DNA from: Desulfobacterales bacterium
Lineage (GTDB): Bacteria; Desulfobacterota; Desulfobacteria; Desulfobacterales; UBA5852
Reading direction: 5' to 3'
Assembly: GCA_963674755.2 (NCBI GenBank)
Contig: CAXXVS010000003.1
Location: forward strand, 2,400,001 to 2,464,000
Length of the DNA stretch: 64,000 nucleotides
A program made the position numbers and the translations under genes. Within the stretch, counting starts at the first letter, position 1. Each line of letters begins with the position of its first letter. Below are positions 55,863 to 64,000 of this stretch, one piece after another. Under the pieces are notes generated by a model. That model was not told the origin of the DNA. It did no database searches and saw only the letters and a list, made by a program, of their open reading frames with translations.

Positions 55863-55911
55863 TTTCGCCCCGTCGTGATATTGCCAACCGGCCGCCCCTT
55901 ATAAATTATCT

Positions 55912-55967
55912 GTCCAGGTAAATTCAACCGACACAAAAAATCGCGCGGCTGATTTGCAACGTTAACC
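55912..55967 (+). other. Degenerate integron attC-like site
   Basis: AATTCAACCG-ACACAAAAAATCGCG-CGGCTGATTT hairpin ending GCAAC-GTTAACC; left RYYYAAC box not recognisable. Confidence 0.5.
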
Positions 55968-56102
55968 TGAAAGGAAAAAATGAAAGTTTCAATCTTGAAT
56001 AATACCGCATTTCAGAGGAGTAAATGATGAAAACAGAAGGGCTATCCTTTCTGTTCAGCGGCCTATGAACCACGCGTCATGTCATCGCACTTTCGGGGAA
56101 GC

Positions 56103-56510
56103 ATGAAATTACGCAATCACGTGAAGTTGTTGATATACGTCACCCTGGCATGGTTTTTATTCTGGGTTGCCGGGCTGCCGGATTACTATCAGCAGTATTC
56201 AACCGTAACCATGATCATTTTTGATGTGGCTGTTTTGCCGCCGATATGGTTCGTTATCTATAAAAGCGTCAGAAAGGCAAGGCCGGGCAGAGCCTTCCTG
56301 GCCTCCTTGTGGTGGGCGTTCTACATCACGATACCGCTGTTCATCTATGATCTTGTGTATGCCGGCCTCTGTCTCGGATACGGCTTAAGCTTCCTGTGGA
56401 AATTTTGGTATCTGACGGTCTACTATGTGTTGCCTTGGTTGTTTTTCCCTCCGACGGGATGGTTTGTAGATAAACGGCACCATACAACCGCAAACCGGAT
56501 CGATCCTTAA
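56103..56510 (+). CDS. Hypothetical four-TM membrane protein
   Basis: Four hydrophobic segments; no recognisable family. Confidence 0.7.
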   Translation: MKLRNHVKLLIYVTLAWFLFWVAGLPDYYQQYSTVTMIIFDVAVLPPIWFVIYKSVRKARPGRAFLASLWWAFYITIPLFIYDLVYAGLCLGYGLSFLWKFWYLTVYYVLPWLFFPPTGWFVDKRHHTTANRIDP

Positions 56511-56544
56511 CGGGCGGCCCGAAACCACCTCCCCTTAATGACGC

Positions 56545-57888
56545 TCAGGGAACATTCCCAAGGGTTTCAATGAGCCGTTGAAATTCGGGATGGGTCTGTA
56601 AAAGCTCGCGGCCGGCGATCTGCAATTGGTCCACTTCTTCCGTGCTCAATGTGAAATTGGTGGGGATCTGGTTGAAAAACAATCGGCGGTCGCTATCCGC
56701 GATCTGATTGAAATCGACCGTAATAAAGTAGGACGCGATGGGCGCATCCGCTGTCGCCAGCTCCGATGTCCAGCGCTGGATGCTGTTCTGGAGCAGTTCC
56801 AAGGTGGCCGCATTGGTGCGGTGAAGCGGAATGTCGGTTACGGCGTTGACGATATCCTCCATCGCCGGTTCTCGGTTTGACATCTCCATTTCGTACAGCG
56901 GTGTGGTCGAGGCATTGACCGCGATCACGATGAAATAGGGTTTGGGTCGTTCTCCAAGGTGCTCCAACAGCTTTTTCGCACCGCCTGCGGCCTCGGTCAT
57001 TTCATAAATCGACAGCAGCCCCAGATTATCGGTGATGCCCCCGTCCACCAGATGGATATATTGGCGCTGATCCTTGATATCATAGCTCTGCAGCCCGCTG
57101 ACGATTTGTGACAGCTGGGGGGAGCGGATATTATCTTCGGCGGCCGCGAACATGCTCCGGGGGGAAGGCCGGCATCCGGGATGATTTTTCAATACGACCG
57201 GATTGAAGATGACCGGCACCGCCGAAGAGGCGGCCACGGCCCTGGATATGGGGAAGGTTGAGAGATCGGAACACAGGAGATCGAAATAGTCCTGTAAAAA
57301 AGAAAACCGCACGCCCCGTCCAAGATCAGTGGCGTTGATGATGATGAGCGGTCCGTTCCGGCGTTTCAGATCGGCGAACGTTGCCCCGTGGAAAATATAG
57401 TCATCATAGATATCGATCGCCATTTCGGTCCGGCCCCGGGAGGAGAACCACAGGGACGGGTCGAGAAATCCATCGATCAGGTGTTCGGACAGGTCGCGCC
57501 GCAGGAAATCATTTTCAAAACGGTTGAACATCTTGTCGCCGTGCAAGCCGAAATAGGCCGCGGTAAAGCTGCCGCCTGATACGGCACTGATGGCATCGAT
57601 TTCATCGAGCAGGCGTATCGGTTGTCCGTCGATTGTAACCGTTGTATCGCGCAAGCCTTGCAGCACGCCACAGGCCAGGGCCGCGGCCCGGGTGCCACCG
57701 CCCGAGAAAGCCAGTATGAGGGTGATGCGGTTGGGGTCCCGGGCATGAACGGCATCGCGCAACGCGTAGGCTTCCGCAGGAGACGGGCCGGTATAGGGCG
57801 TGTTGTCAATTTTTCCGTAAGTAGCGCAGGCCCAGAGAAACAAGGGCATCAATGCCATCGAAGCGGCCGTGCGCAAATAGCGGGGCAT
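56545..57888 (-). CDS. Patatin-like phospholipase (lipoprotein)
   Basis: Lipobox LWAC; FSGGGTRAAA, AVSGGS, LVDGGITDN. Confidence 0.9.
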   Translation of the reverse strand: MPRYLRTAASMALMPLFLWACATYGKIDNTPYTGPSPAEAYALRDAVHARDPNRITLILAFSGGGTRAAALACGVLQGLRDTTVTIDGQPIRLLDEIDAISAVSGGSFTAAYFGLHGDKMFNRFENDFLRRDLSEHLIDGFLDPSLWFSSRGRTEMAIDIYDDYIFHGATFADLKRRNGPLIIINATDLGRGVRFSFLQDYFDLLCSDLSTFPISRAVAASSAVPVIFNPVVLKNHPGCRPSPRSMFAAAEDNIRSPQLSQIVSGLQSYDIKDQRQYIHLVDGGITDNLGLLSIYEMTEAAGGAKKLLEHLGERPKPYFIVIAVNASTTPLYEMEMSNREPAMEDIVNAVTDIPLHRTNAATLELLQNSIQRWTSELATADAPIASYFITVDFNQIADSDRRLFFNQIPTNFTLSTEEVDQLQIAGRELLQTHPEFQRLIETLGNVP

Positions 57889-58405
57889 ACCATAATCCTC
57901 CCAAGAGCGTGTGAACGCTGGTCTTTACTAATGTCGCCGGATAGGCCCCGGCATTATTCGAGGGCAGGGCTTGCTAAACGGCCGGTTACAGTTTCGGGGG
58001 ATGATCCTACCACATCGCGTCTCTTTCGAAAAATCACCTCTTTGGTTGACCAGGGAATGCAAGACCGGTAGATCAATGGCACGGGACCCCGGACGGTAAT
58101 CTATCGGTACCCATAAGCGGGAAGTCTTGTTGGTCGAAGCATGTTGCCATAGGCCGTGTGGGTTATATCGCGAAGGTTGGCGAGGCGCTGAAAATTCCGG
58201 CCAGTGTGCGCCAAATCCGTAAGGTTGCCGCAATGAATGGGATGTATTGGAAAGGCTGTTTAAGTCCAGAGATGATGCCATCGCATGGCTAACTGGATAG
58301 CGGGATAGGGCCATACTCCATAGAGACTATGGGCACCGACAAAGCATGCCCTAGCGGGATCGGGTCCCAGCATTTAACAGAAATCCTGCTTCAAATAACT
58401 TTAAT

Positions 58406-58484
58406 GGGGGCAGGTTTCAACTATTGACAGAAATTCAACTTTAAATGCATTGCAAATTGTCAAATGTTGAGACTTTGGGCCCCC
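58406..58484. repeat. Imperfect long inverted repeat (REP-like)
   Basis: GGGGCAGGTTTCAACTATTGACA ... TGTCAAATGTTGAGACTTTGGGCCCC. Confidence 0.5.
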
Positions 58485-58531
58485 TGCCGATTTTCTTCTT
58501 AAAATAGTGCCAGAACTTTGCATGGAAATGA

Positions 58532-59430
58532 ATGCGCTATTTCCTCATTACATATCAGATACCGTTGATGTTTATCGCCGGGTTTATCGGGTTCTGCATT
58601 CTGATATGGGCTTACTGGTCGATAGCCGCCTGGATATCGACGCGTCTGGGACCGCGCTGCAAAGCACGCTCCGCACTATCGACCGTCGCCGTCTTTGCCG
58701 CCGCCATCAGTCTTTTTCTAATGTTGCACTACGTTCCCGACTACTTCAATGACGGTCGTATAACGAAGATATACATCCTACGGAAAGCCGCGGCCCGGCG
58801 GCTGGTGGTATGGTTTACCAGAGAAGATAACCCGGCCGGCATGGCCGGCGTCTACTCGCAGCGCATCAAAAGTTTCGACCTGGATACGGGAAGGCTGCAG
58901 GGCCGTTTGACCCTCGCGCGTCGCCACACATTTAACGATTATCGTATTTTCGGGCCGTGTGGCCCATTTGCCTGGGGCTGTTCGGCCCGGCATGGCATCG
59001 CCTACCTTAACCTGTTCGAGACCAAGGTGATTGCCGATGAACAGGGAATTCTGAAACGCAACCCTGTTTTAGGCGATCGCGTCCGGTTGGTATCCGGGCC
59101 GTATGACAGGCAATTCGATCCGGTGACTTGCGGCATATGTGTTTTTACGCGCGAATCTGGGTGCCGCATAAAAGTGCCCTGCTGGGTGAGTATGCCCTGC
59201 TGCTGTCCTATGTGAATTCTGATGGTACAACGCTCAAGACCATTAATGTCAGCGAACTTGTTCCGGGCGAGGCCTTGAACATCATAGGGACGGTTTGTTC
59301 CGGAGGGGAAATCCTGATTCTTGTCGGTGCCGGTCATAGCTCCCGGATCACTATCCTGGGATTTTCATTGTCGGTCCTGCATACCGATGCCCGAACAGGA
59401 GATCTGATACGAATGCAAACCCTGTTTTAA
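58532..59430 (+). pseudogene. Membrane-anchored beta-rich hypothetical protein split by a frameshift near 59140
   Basis: Two overlapping same-strand ORFs (58532-59215 and 59128-59430); the first loses protein-like character after the TTTTT run. Confidence 0.5.
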
Positions 59431-59730
59431 ACCCGGGCCAATGTGAAGCGGCTCCCGGCATTATTCTGGCCGGTGGGGCACCCCTCGATCCCGGGGATAG
59501 GACACCGTCCACTATGGAGAAGCGCGTGCGCCTTGTTCTTGGGGGCCGGTGGGGATTTAGAAACCGCATCCAATAGTGCGGTGGCGGTTTCCGTCATTTT
59601 GCTGCGATCGCCAAACGTTATGAACCAATTTCCCTCATTCGGGTACTGAGGATCAGACGGCACGTGTTGGGGCGGTGGGTCAATCCCCCTTCAAGGCTTG
59701 CGATAACAGGTTTATTCCGGGGAGGGTTTG

Positions 59731-61476
59731 ATGAAACGAATTTCGGTGGTGCTGCAAGGCCTTCTTATTTTAATCGTGGCGCTGATGCCCGTATCTACCC
59801 GGGCAGCCTCCAAACCCGGGCTGCCATCCGCAGCCAAGACTCCGGCGGCGGTGTCCAAACCTTCCGTCCAGCCGGCAACGGTGCCGGTGCCGGGCAAGGC
59901 CCAGGCACCGAAGGCCGCCCTGCCCGATCTGGTGGTCACGGACATCGCTTTGGATGACGCCTGCCAGCTTAAGGTCACCGTCAGGAACGCCGGACAGGGC
60001 ATGGTCAAACCGCAGGAGTTTCAACGGCTGAGAATCAAAGTCACCTATGCGGGGGCAAAGTCCGCCGAACTGTTCGTGTCCAAGCTGTCGCGAGGGGCCG
60101 CGGCTCTTAGGCCGGGTACCGAGGCCACCCTCGCCACGGCCATTCACTTGGTCAAGAGCGGACTGGTCACGGCCGAGTTCGACAGCCGGCAGGCGGTCGC
60201 TGAATCCGATGAAAAAAACAACCAAATGCGCAAGGTGCTCAATCCGCGTTGCACAACGGCAACCCGGAAAATCAGGCCCATACCGCCCCAAGGGGTAGAC
60301 AAGACCGTGAAGCCAAAAGACAATCGGCCGCTGGCTTTCACTAATATGGCGGGTCGCAGGAAAGGTGAGGTCAACTTAATCCTTGCAAACCACGGCATTT
60401 CCGTACAGCAGCCCATGGGGGACAGGGTTTATCCCCAAGGCAGCGTGGTGCAGATTGCCTGGTCGGACTCCAGGCCGGCGGACGATGTCCACAGCGAACG
60501 GGGGAATTTTATTTTCAACATCCGCCGGCATGGTGATGCCGGTGAGGACGCCTGTTTCTGGTGTGGTCGTGAGGTGGGCCGGGGCGCCGTCGCCGAGCCT
60601 GCCATCAGCGCCCGTATTCCCGATGATATACCGAACGGGCGGGATTATTACCTGCGCGTCTATTCCACGGACAACCCTGAAGTTTACGGGGACAGCGCTT
60701 CTTTCCGCATCGGTCCGAGGGGGGCGGAAGCCGTTGTCGATCTCCATGACCCGCCGCCCTGTCCGGACTGGGTGGACGATAGGTACTGCCATGCCAACTC
60801 GTGGTATCGCGTGGGGCAACCCCTTGGCTTCACGCTGAGGGGCTCGGTGGATGGGGCGGTCATCGAAGAAATCATCCGCGCGCGGATTGAGCCGATCTAC
60901 CGCCCTTTTCCTGCTACACCGATGTTTTTGCGGGAGGTGGTCAACTTTACGTCCGCTGAATTCAGCTGGACACCATCGCTGCGGATGACGACGAGAGAGG
61001 ATTATCACATCGTGGTCGAGTACCGGATGCAGCATGATCGTGCCGATGCAAACAGGGTCGCCTATTCCGAGCGCATCCGCTTGAATCCGCCCTGGTCGGA
61101 ACCGGACACCACGGGCGATAACCAGATTGTTATTCGATACCCGGAGGACGGCGACACCATTTACACCGGTTCGCACTCGGAACTGATGGTCCAGTGGCGC
61201 TGCGAGCGGTGCGCCGATATCGACGATCTCTCCTATACCAAGGTATTGCTTAAAGGTGGCGAAGAACTGCAACGTATCGGCCCCACCCATTCCGGCGGCG
61301 ATCGCTCTCCCACGGGCCGGTTCAACATTTATGGGTGCCTGAGCGGATCGGACTACCAGGTCAGGATCGAGCTCAACCGGTGGAACTATGATACCGAGAG
61401 GCCGGAAATGATCGCTTCGGATACGACGGAGAATTTTACCATTATGAATAATACCATGGGAGGGGCTTCCGAGTGA
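59731..61476 (+). CDS. Secreted protein with Pro/Ala/Lys linker, CARDB-like domain and repeated Ig-like modules
   Basis: Signal peptide; LPDLVV..VRNAG..D....VAESDEKNN; repeated P..G....G....I.W...DY.(L/V)R units. Confidence 0.8.
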   Translation: MKRISVVLQGLLILIVALMPVSTRAASKPGLPSAAKTPAAVSKPSVQPATVPVPGKAQAPKAALPDLVVTDIALDDACQLKVTVRNAGQGMVKPQEFQRLRIKVTYAGAKSAELFVSKLSRGAAALRPGTEATLATAIHLVKSGLVTAEFDSRQAVAESDEKNNQMRKVLNPRCTTATRKIRPIPPQGVDKTVKPKDNRPLAFTNMAGRRKGEVNLILANHGISVQQPMGDRVYPQGSVVQIAWSDSRPADDVHSERGNFIFNIRRHGDAGEDACFWCGREVGRGAVAEPAISARIPDDIPNGRDYYLRVYSTDNPEVYGDSASFRIGPRGAEAVVDLHDPPPCPDWVDDRYCHANSWYRVGQPLGFTLRGSVDGAVIEEIIRARIEPIYRPFPATPMFLREVVNFTSAEFSWTPSLRMTTREDYHIVVEYRMQHDRADANRVAYSERIRLNPPWSEPDTTGDNQIVIRYPEDGDTIYTGSHSELMVQWRCERCADIDDLSYTKVLLKGGEELQRIGPTHSGGDRSPTGRFNIYGCLSGSDYQVRIELNRWNYDTERPEMIASDTTENFTIMNNTMGGASE

Positions 61477-61629
61477 CGCACCGCCCGTTGCAGGAGGGTG
61501 TGTCCTGAGAGTGCTTTAAACAGCGGCAAGGCGGTGGGGCTTATCCTATTGGCATTGGCGCAGTCAAGTGGTCCCCCAAATCCAGGACAATCATGTCATC
61601 ATGGCGCTGGTTAGGATGGGGAAGAGAAA

Positions 61630-62139
61630 GTGAACAGGATTTTATGGGCAACGCTGCTCTCGCTTCTTTCATTGGGCTGTTGTGGGCCGGCGACCCAGAG
61701 CAAGGCGCAATTATCCTATGGCGGCCATCTGTTTGCCATCCCGGCCAATGCCTCGGCTATTCTGAGCACGGGGGACGAAGAGAATATTCTGATTTTCCGG
61801 TATGGGGCGGATAAAGGAAAGCGATACCTGGGATTTTCCGATATGGCGGCCGATCGATCGCTGGATTGGGGGTGCCCGCTGCCCGTCTTTTGGGCGGCTG
61901 TTTTTGAGGATGGGGCCGATGCCGGCTGCAACAAGGAACAAATAGATGCCTTCCATAAAGGGTTTGTGGAAACGCAGGAGACCGGCGTATGGTCAGGTGA
62001 AAATATGACGGTTTACTACAGCATTGGTGCTGAACACTCATTTTTGTTTGTGTTGGATAAAGCGGGTAAGGCGCTTAAAATTGACACTGATTTTTTAACT
62101 AAAAAGGAACTTCAGGATTTGGTGGGCGGTGCGTTGTAA
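61630..62139 (+). CDS. Hypothetical exported protein, possible lipoprotein
   Basis: N-terminal LLSLLSLGC; GTG start. Confidence 0.7.
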   Translation: MNRILWATLLSLLSLGCCGPATQSKAQLSYGGHLFAIPANASAILSTGDEENILIFRYGADKGKRYLGFSDMAADRSLDWGCPLPVFWAAVFEDGADAGCNKEQIDAFHKGFVETQETGVWSGENMTVYYSIGAEHSFLFVLDKAGKALKIDTDFLTKKELQDLVGGAL

Positions 62140-62167
62140 TGCAGGAACGCCTGGCTCGCGGGGCACG

Positions 62168-62590
62168 ATGAATCATCTCACCATTCAATCCCAGGTTGAC
62201 GCCGGTCTTGACGGCATCGTGACGTACTTGTTCGTCGACGGCCAACGGCTGGTGGATTTCAAGAAGCGTTCGTTGTCCGTCGACCTGAACGCATTGGAGC
62301 AGTCCGTTCGCCACGCGGGCGATTTCTATATCGTAACCTGCATCTGCGGCTATCCAAGCTGTGGCCGTATCAAGCAGGGAATCCAGGTCAGCCACACCCA
62401 AAGGGGCATTGGCTGGATCGTTCATGGTTTTGGAACGACAAAAACATTTTTATTCGCGCCTGGGGAATACCGCGCTGAGGTCTATCGCGGCATCCGGGAA
62501 TTAAAGCAATTGATGGCTCGCCACGATTTGGATGTCGCGCCGGAAATCAATAAATTCATATACGGGGGCAAGCAGGCGCCGCAATCTTAA
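62168..62590 (+). CDS. Hypothetical protein with a TCxCGxxxC motif
   Basis: IVTCICGYPSCG; coherent 140-aa ORF. Confidence 0.7.
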   Translation: MNHLTIQSQVDAGLDGIVTYLFVDGQRLVDFKKRSLSVDLNALEQSVRHAGDFYIVTCICGYPSCGRIKQGIQVSHTQRGIGWIVHGFGTTKTFLFAPGEYRAEVYRGIRELKQLMARHDLDVAPEINKFIYGGKQAPQS

Positions 62591-62701
62591 AACAGTGTCT
62601 GGATAGGGCAGCAAACAATAGGCGGCACACATAACAGCGGACCGGTTTGGGCAGGCCGCACTTCTTTTTTGTAGAAACCTTGGTGCCCTCTTACGATCTG
62701 G

Positions 62702-63343
62702 TTGAATACCAACGAGGCGGGATACGGGAAAGCAGATAAACTTGCATTTCACGACATCTCGGCGGAAAGGGTGAATCTGAATATGAATCGCAGCGCCGGC
62801 CAAAAATCCACCATCGATCCATCGCCAGGCATAGAGACAAACGATGCTCTTCGGAAAACATTTTGCCCTTGGCACAACTGCTTTTCAGACCATTGGCCCC
62901 TGCGATCAGGCCGGTTCAGGCACGCCATACGAATCGTCCTTTTGACCGTCTTATGCCTATGGCCGGCCCTTTGTTTTGCCGGAACGGATGGCCTCAAGTT
63001 AATCGTTCCCGGACAGTATATCCTGATCGGCAAGGCGCTGGACTCGGAAGCGACTTTCAGCGGTAAAGTCGTGATTGAGGAATCCGGCGACGGATTTACG
63101 GTGAAACGTACGGTGGATGGCAGGGACATCGTTGGCCACGGTGCGATCGAGACGGCGCTGAATGGGGATGCCGAGGTACTGCGCATCCGGTTTCGCGACA
63201 ACGGCCTGGATTATGAGGAAACCTGCATGGTGGGCTCCGATCTCGACAACTATGCCCGGATCAGCTGCTATCTCTACCGTCCGGGTACCCATACGACGAA
63301 CCCCGGCCTGGAGGTGCTATTCCATGATCATGCGGCACCGTAA
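62702..63343 (+). CDS. Hypothetical exported protein; start uncertain
   Basis: Signal-like IVLLTVLCLWPALCFA at ~62930-62980, followed by a beta-rich domain. Confidence 0.55.
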   Translation: MNTNEAGYGKADKLAFHDISAERVNLNMNRSAGQKSTIDPSPGIETNDALRKTFCPWHNCFSDHWPLRSGRFRHAIRIVLLTVLCLWPALCFAGTDGLKLIVPGQYILIGKALDSEATFSGKVVIEESGDGFTVKRTVDGRDIVGHGAIETALNGDAEVLRIRFRDNGLDYEETCMVGSDLDNYARISCYLYRPGTHTTNPGLEVLFHDHAAP

Positions 63344-63427
63344 AACCTGCGTCAACCTGCTCAACGACATGGAGCACAGTATTTCCTACATGGCCTCAAC
63401 AGCTTAGCGTGTATCGCAAAGCACTTC

Positions 63428-64000
63428 TCAGCGCGCCAGACGGAAATCCACATCAACTTTTTTCTCTCCCCCCAGCGACAGTCGGCTGACCACCGGCGGG
63501 GTGGCGGCGATGACCTTGCCGCTCCGGATCACGAAGAGCCGTGCCGGGCGCAGGCGGATCGCTTCGTGGACATCCCCGGCCTGCAGTACCACCATGTCGG
63601 CGCGGCAGCCCGGTTCCAGGCCGTAGCCGTCCAGCCCCAATACCCGGGCGCCGTTGACGGTCACCGCGTCGAAGATCTGCCGGATTTCCTCCATGCCGGT
63701 CATCTGGGCCACGTGCAGACCCATGTGGGCCACCTCCAGCATGTCGTGGGAGCCGAAGCTGTACCAGGGATCCATGACGCAGTCGTGGCCGAAGGCCACG
63801 TTGACCCCGGCGGCGAGCAGTTCCTTCACGCGCGTCATGCCGCGGCGCTTGGGGTAGCTGTCGTGGCGCCCCTGCAGGGTGATGTTGATCAGGGGGTTGG
63901 CCACGGCGTGGACCTGGGCCTCGGCCATCAGGGGCAGCAGCTTGGAGACGTAGTAGTTGTCCATGGAGTGCATGCTGGTGAGATGCGAGCCGGTCACCCG
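63428..64000 (-). CDS. codA: Cytosine deaminase / amidohydrolase, C-terminal part (runs off the window)
   Basis: SHLTSMH, ANPLINITLQGR, RGMTRV, FGHDCVMDPWY. Confidence 0.9.
   Translation of the reverse strand, partial: RVTGSHLTSMHSMDNYYVSKLLPLMAEAQVHAVANPLINITLQGRHDSYPKRRGMTRVKELLAAGVNVAFGHDCVMDPWYSFGSHDMLEVAHMGLHVAQMTGMEEIRQIFDAVTVNGARVLGLDGYGLEPGCRADMVVLQAGDVHEAIRLRPARLFVIRSGKVIAATPPVVSRLSLGGEKKVDVDFRLAR

Noticed and set aside
62628..62700. ACATAAC as the start of a second attC
   Set aside because: No complementary hairpin or matching GTT box at a suitable distance.

Overview
GC-rich bacterial chromosomal window, most consistent with an anaerobic Desulfobacterota (Desulfobacterales-like) organism; this taxon is inferred from gene content and repeat types only. 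From left to right: (1) 35-20425, minus strand: a ~20 kb cluster with a DUF3450/ExbB/ExbB/ExbD/TonB/TPR energiser, a small His-motif protein, a TonB-dependent receptor, a SAM methyltransferase, a Ni/peptide-type ABC importer, two FmdE-family proteins (one exported) and a membrane spermidine-synthase-like/TPR fusion, all behind a structured leader ending in a terminator. (2) 21223-28774: a divergent corrinoid-salvage locus with two cobalamin riboswitches, btuFCD, an exported BtuF-CbiZ fusion and btuB. (3) perR-rubrerythrin-fetAB. (4) An ECF sigma/anti-sigma module with glycogen-binding (CBM48-like) domains. (5) A complete nuo (complex I) operon with a NuoBCD fusion and an atypical NuoF nucleotide site. 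(6) An accessory region with a degenerate attC-like site, pseudogene fragments, secreted hypotheticals and a partial cytosine deaminase. Intergenic DNA holds several families of small repeats or MITEs, some nested in each other and one inside a riboswitch. I found no transposase, integrase, CRISPR array, rRNA or tRNA. All family calls are motif recognition by eye, not database searches.
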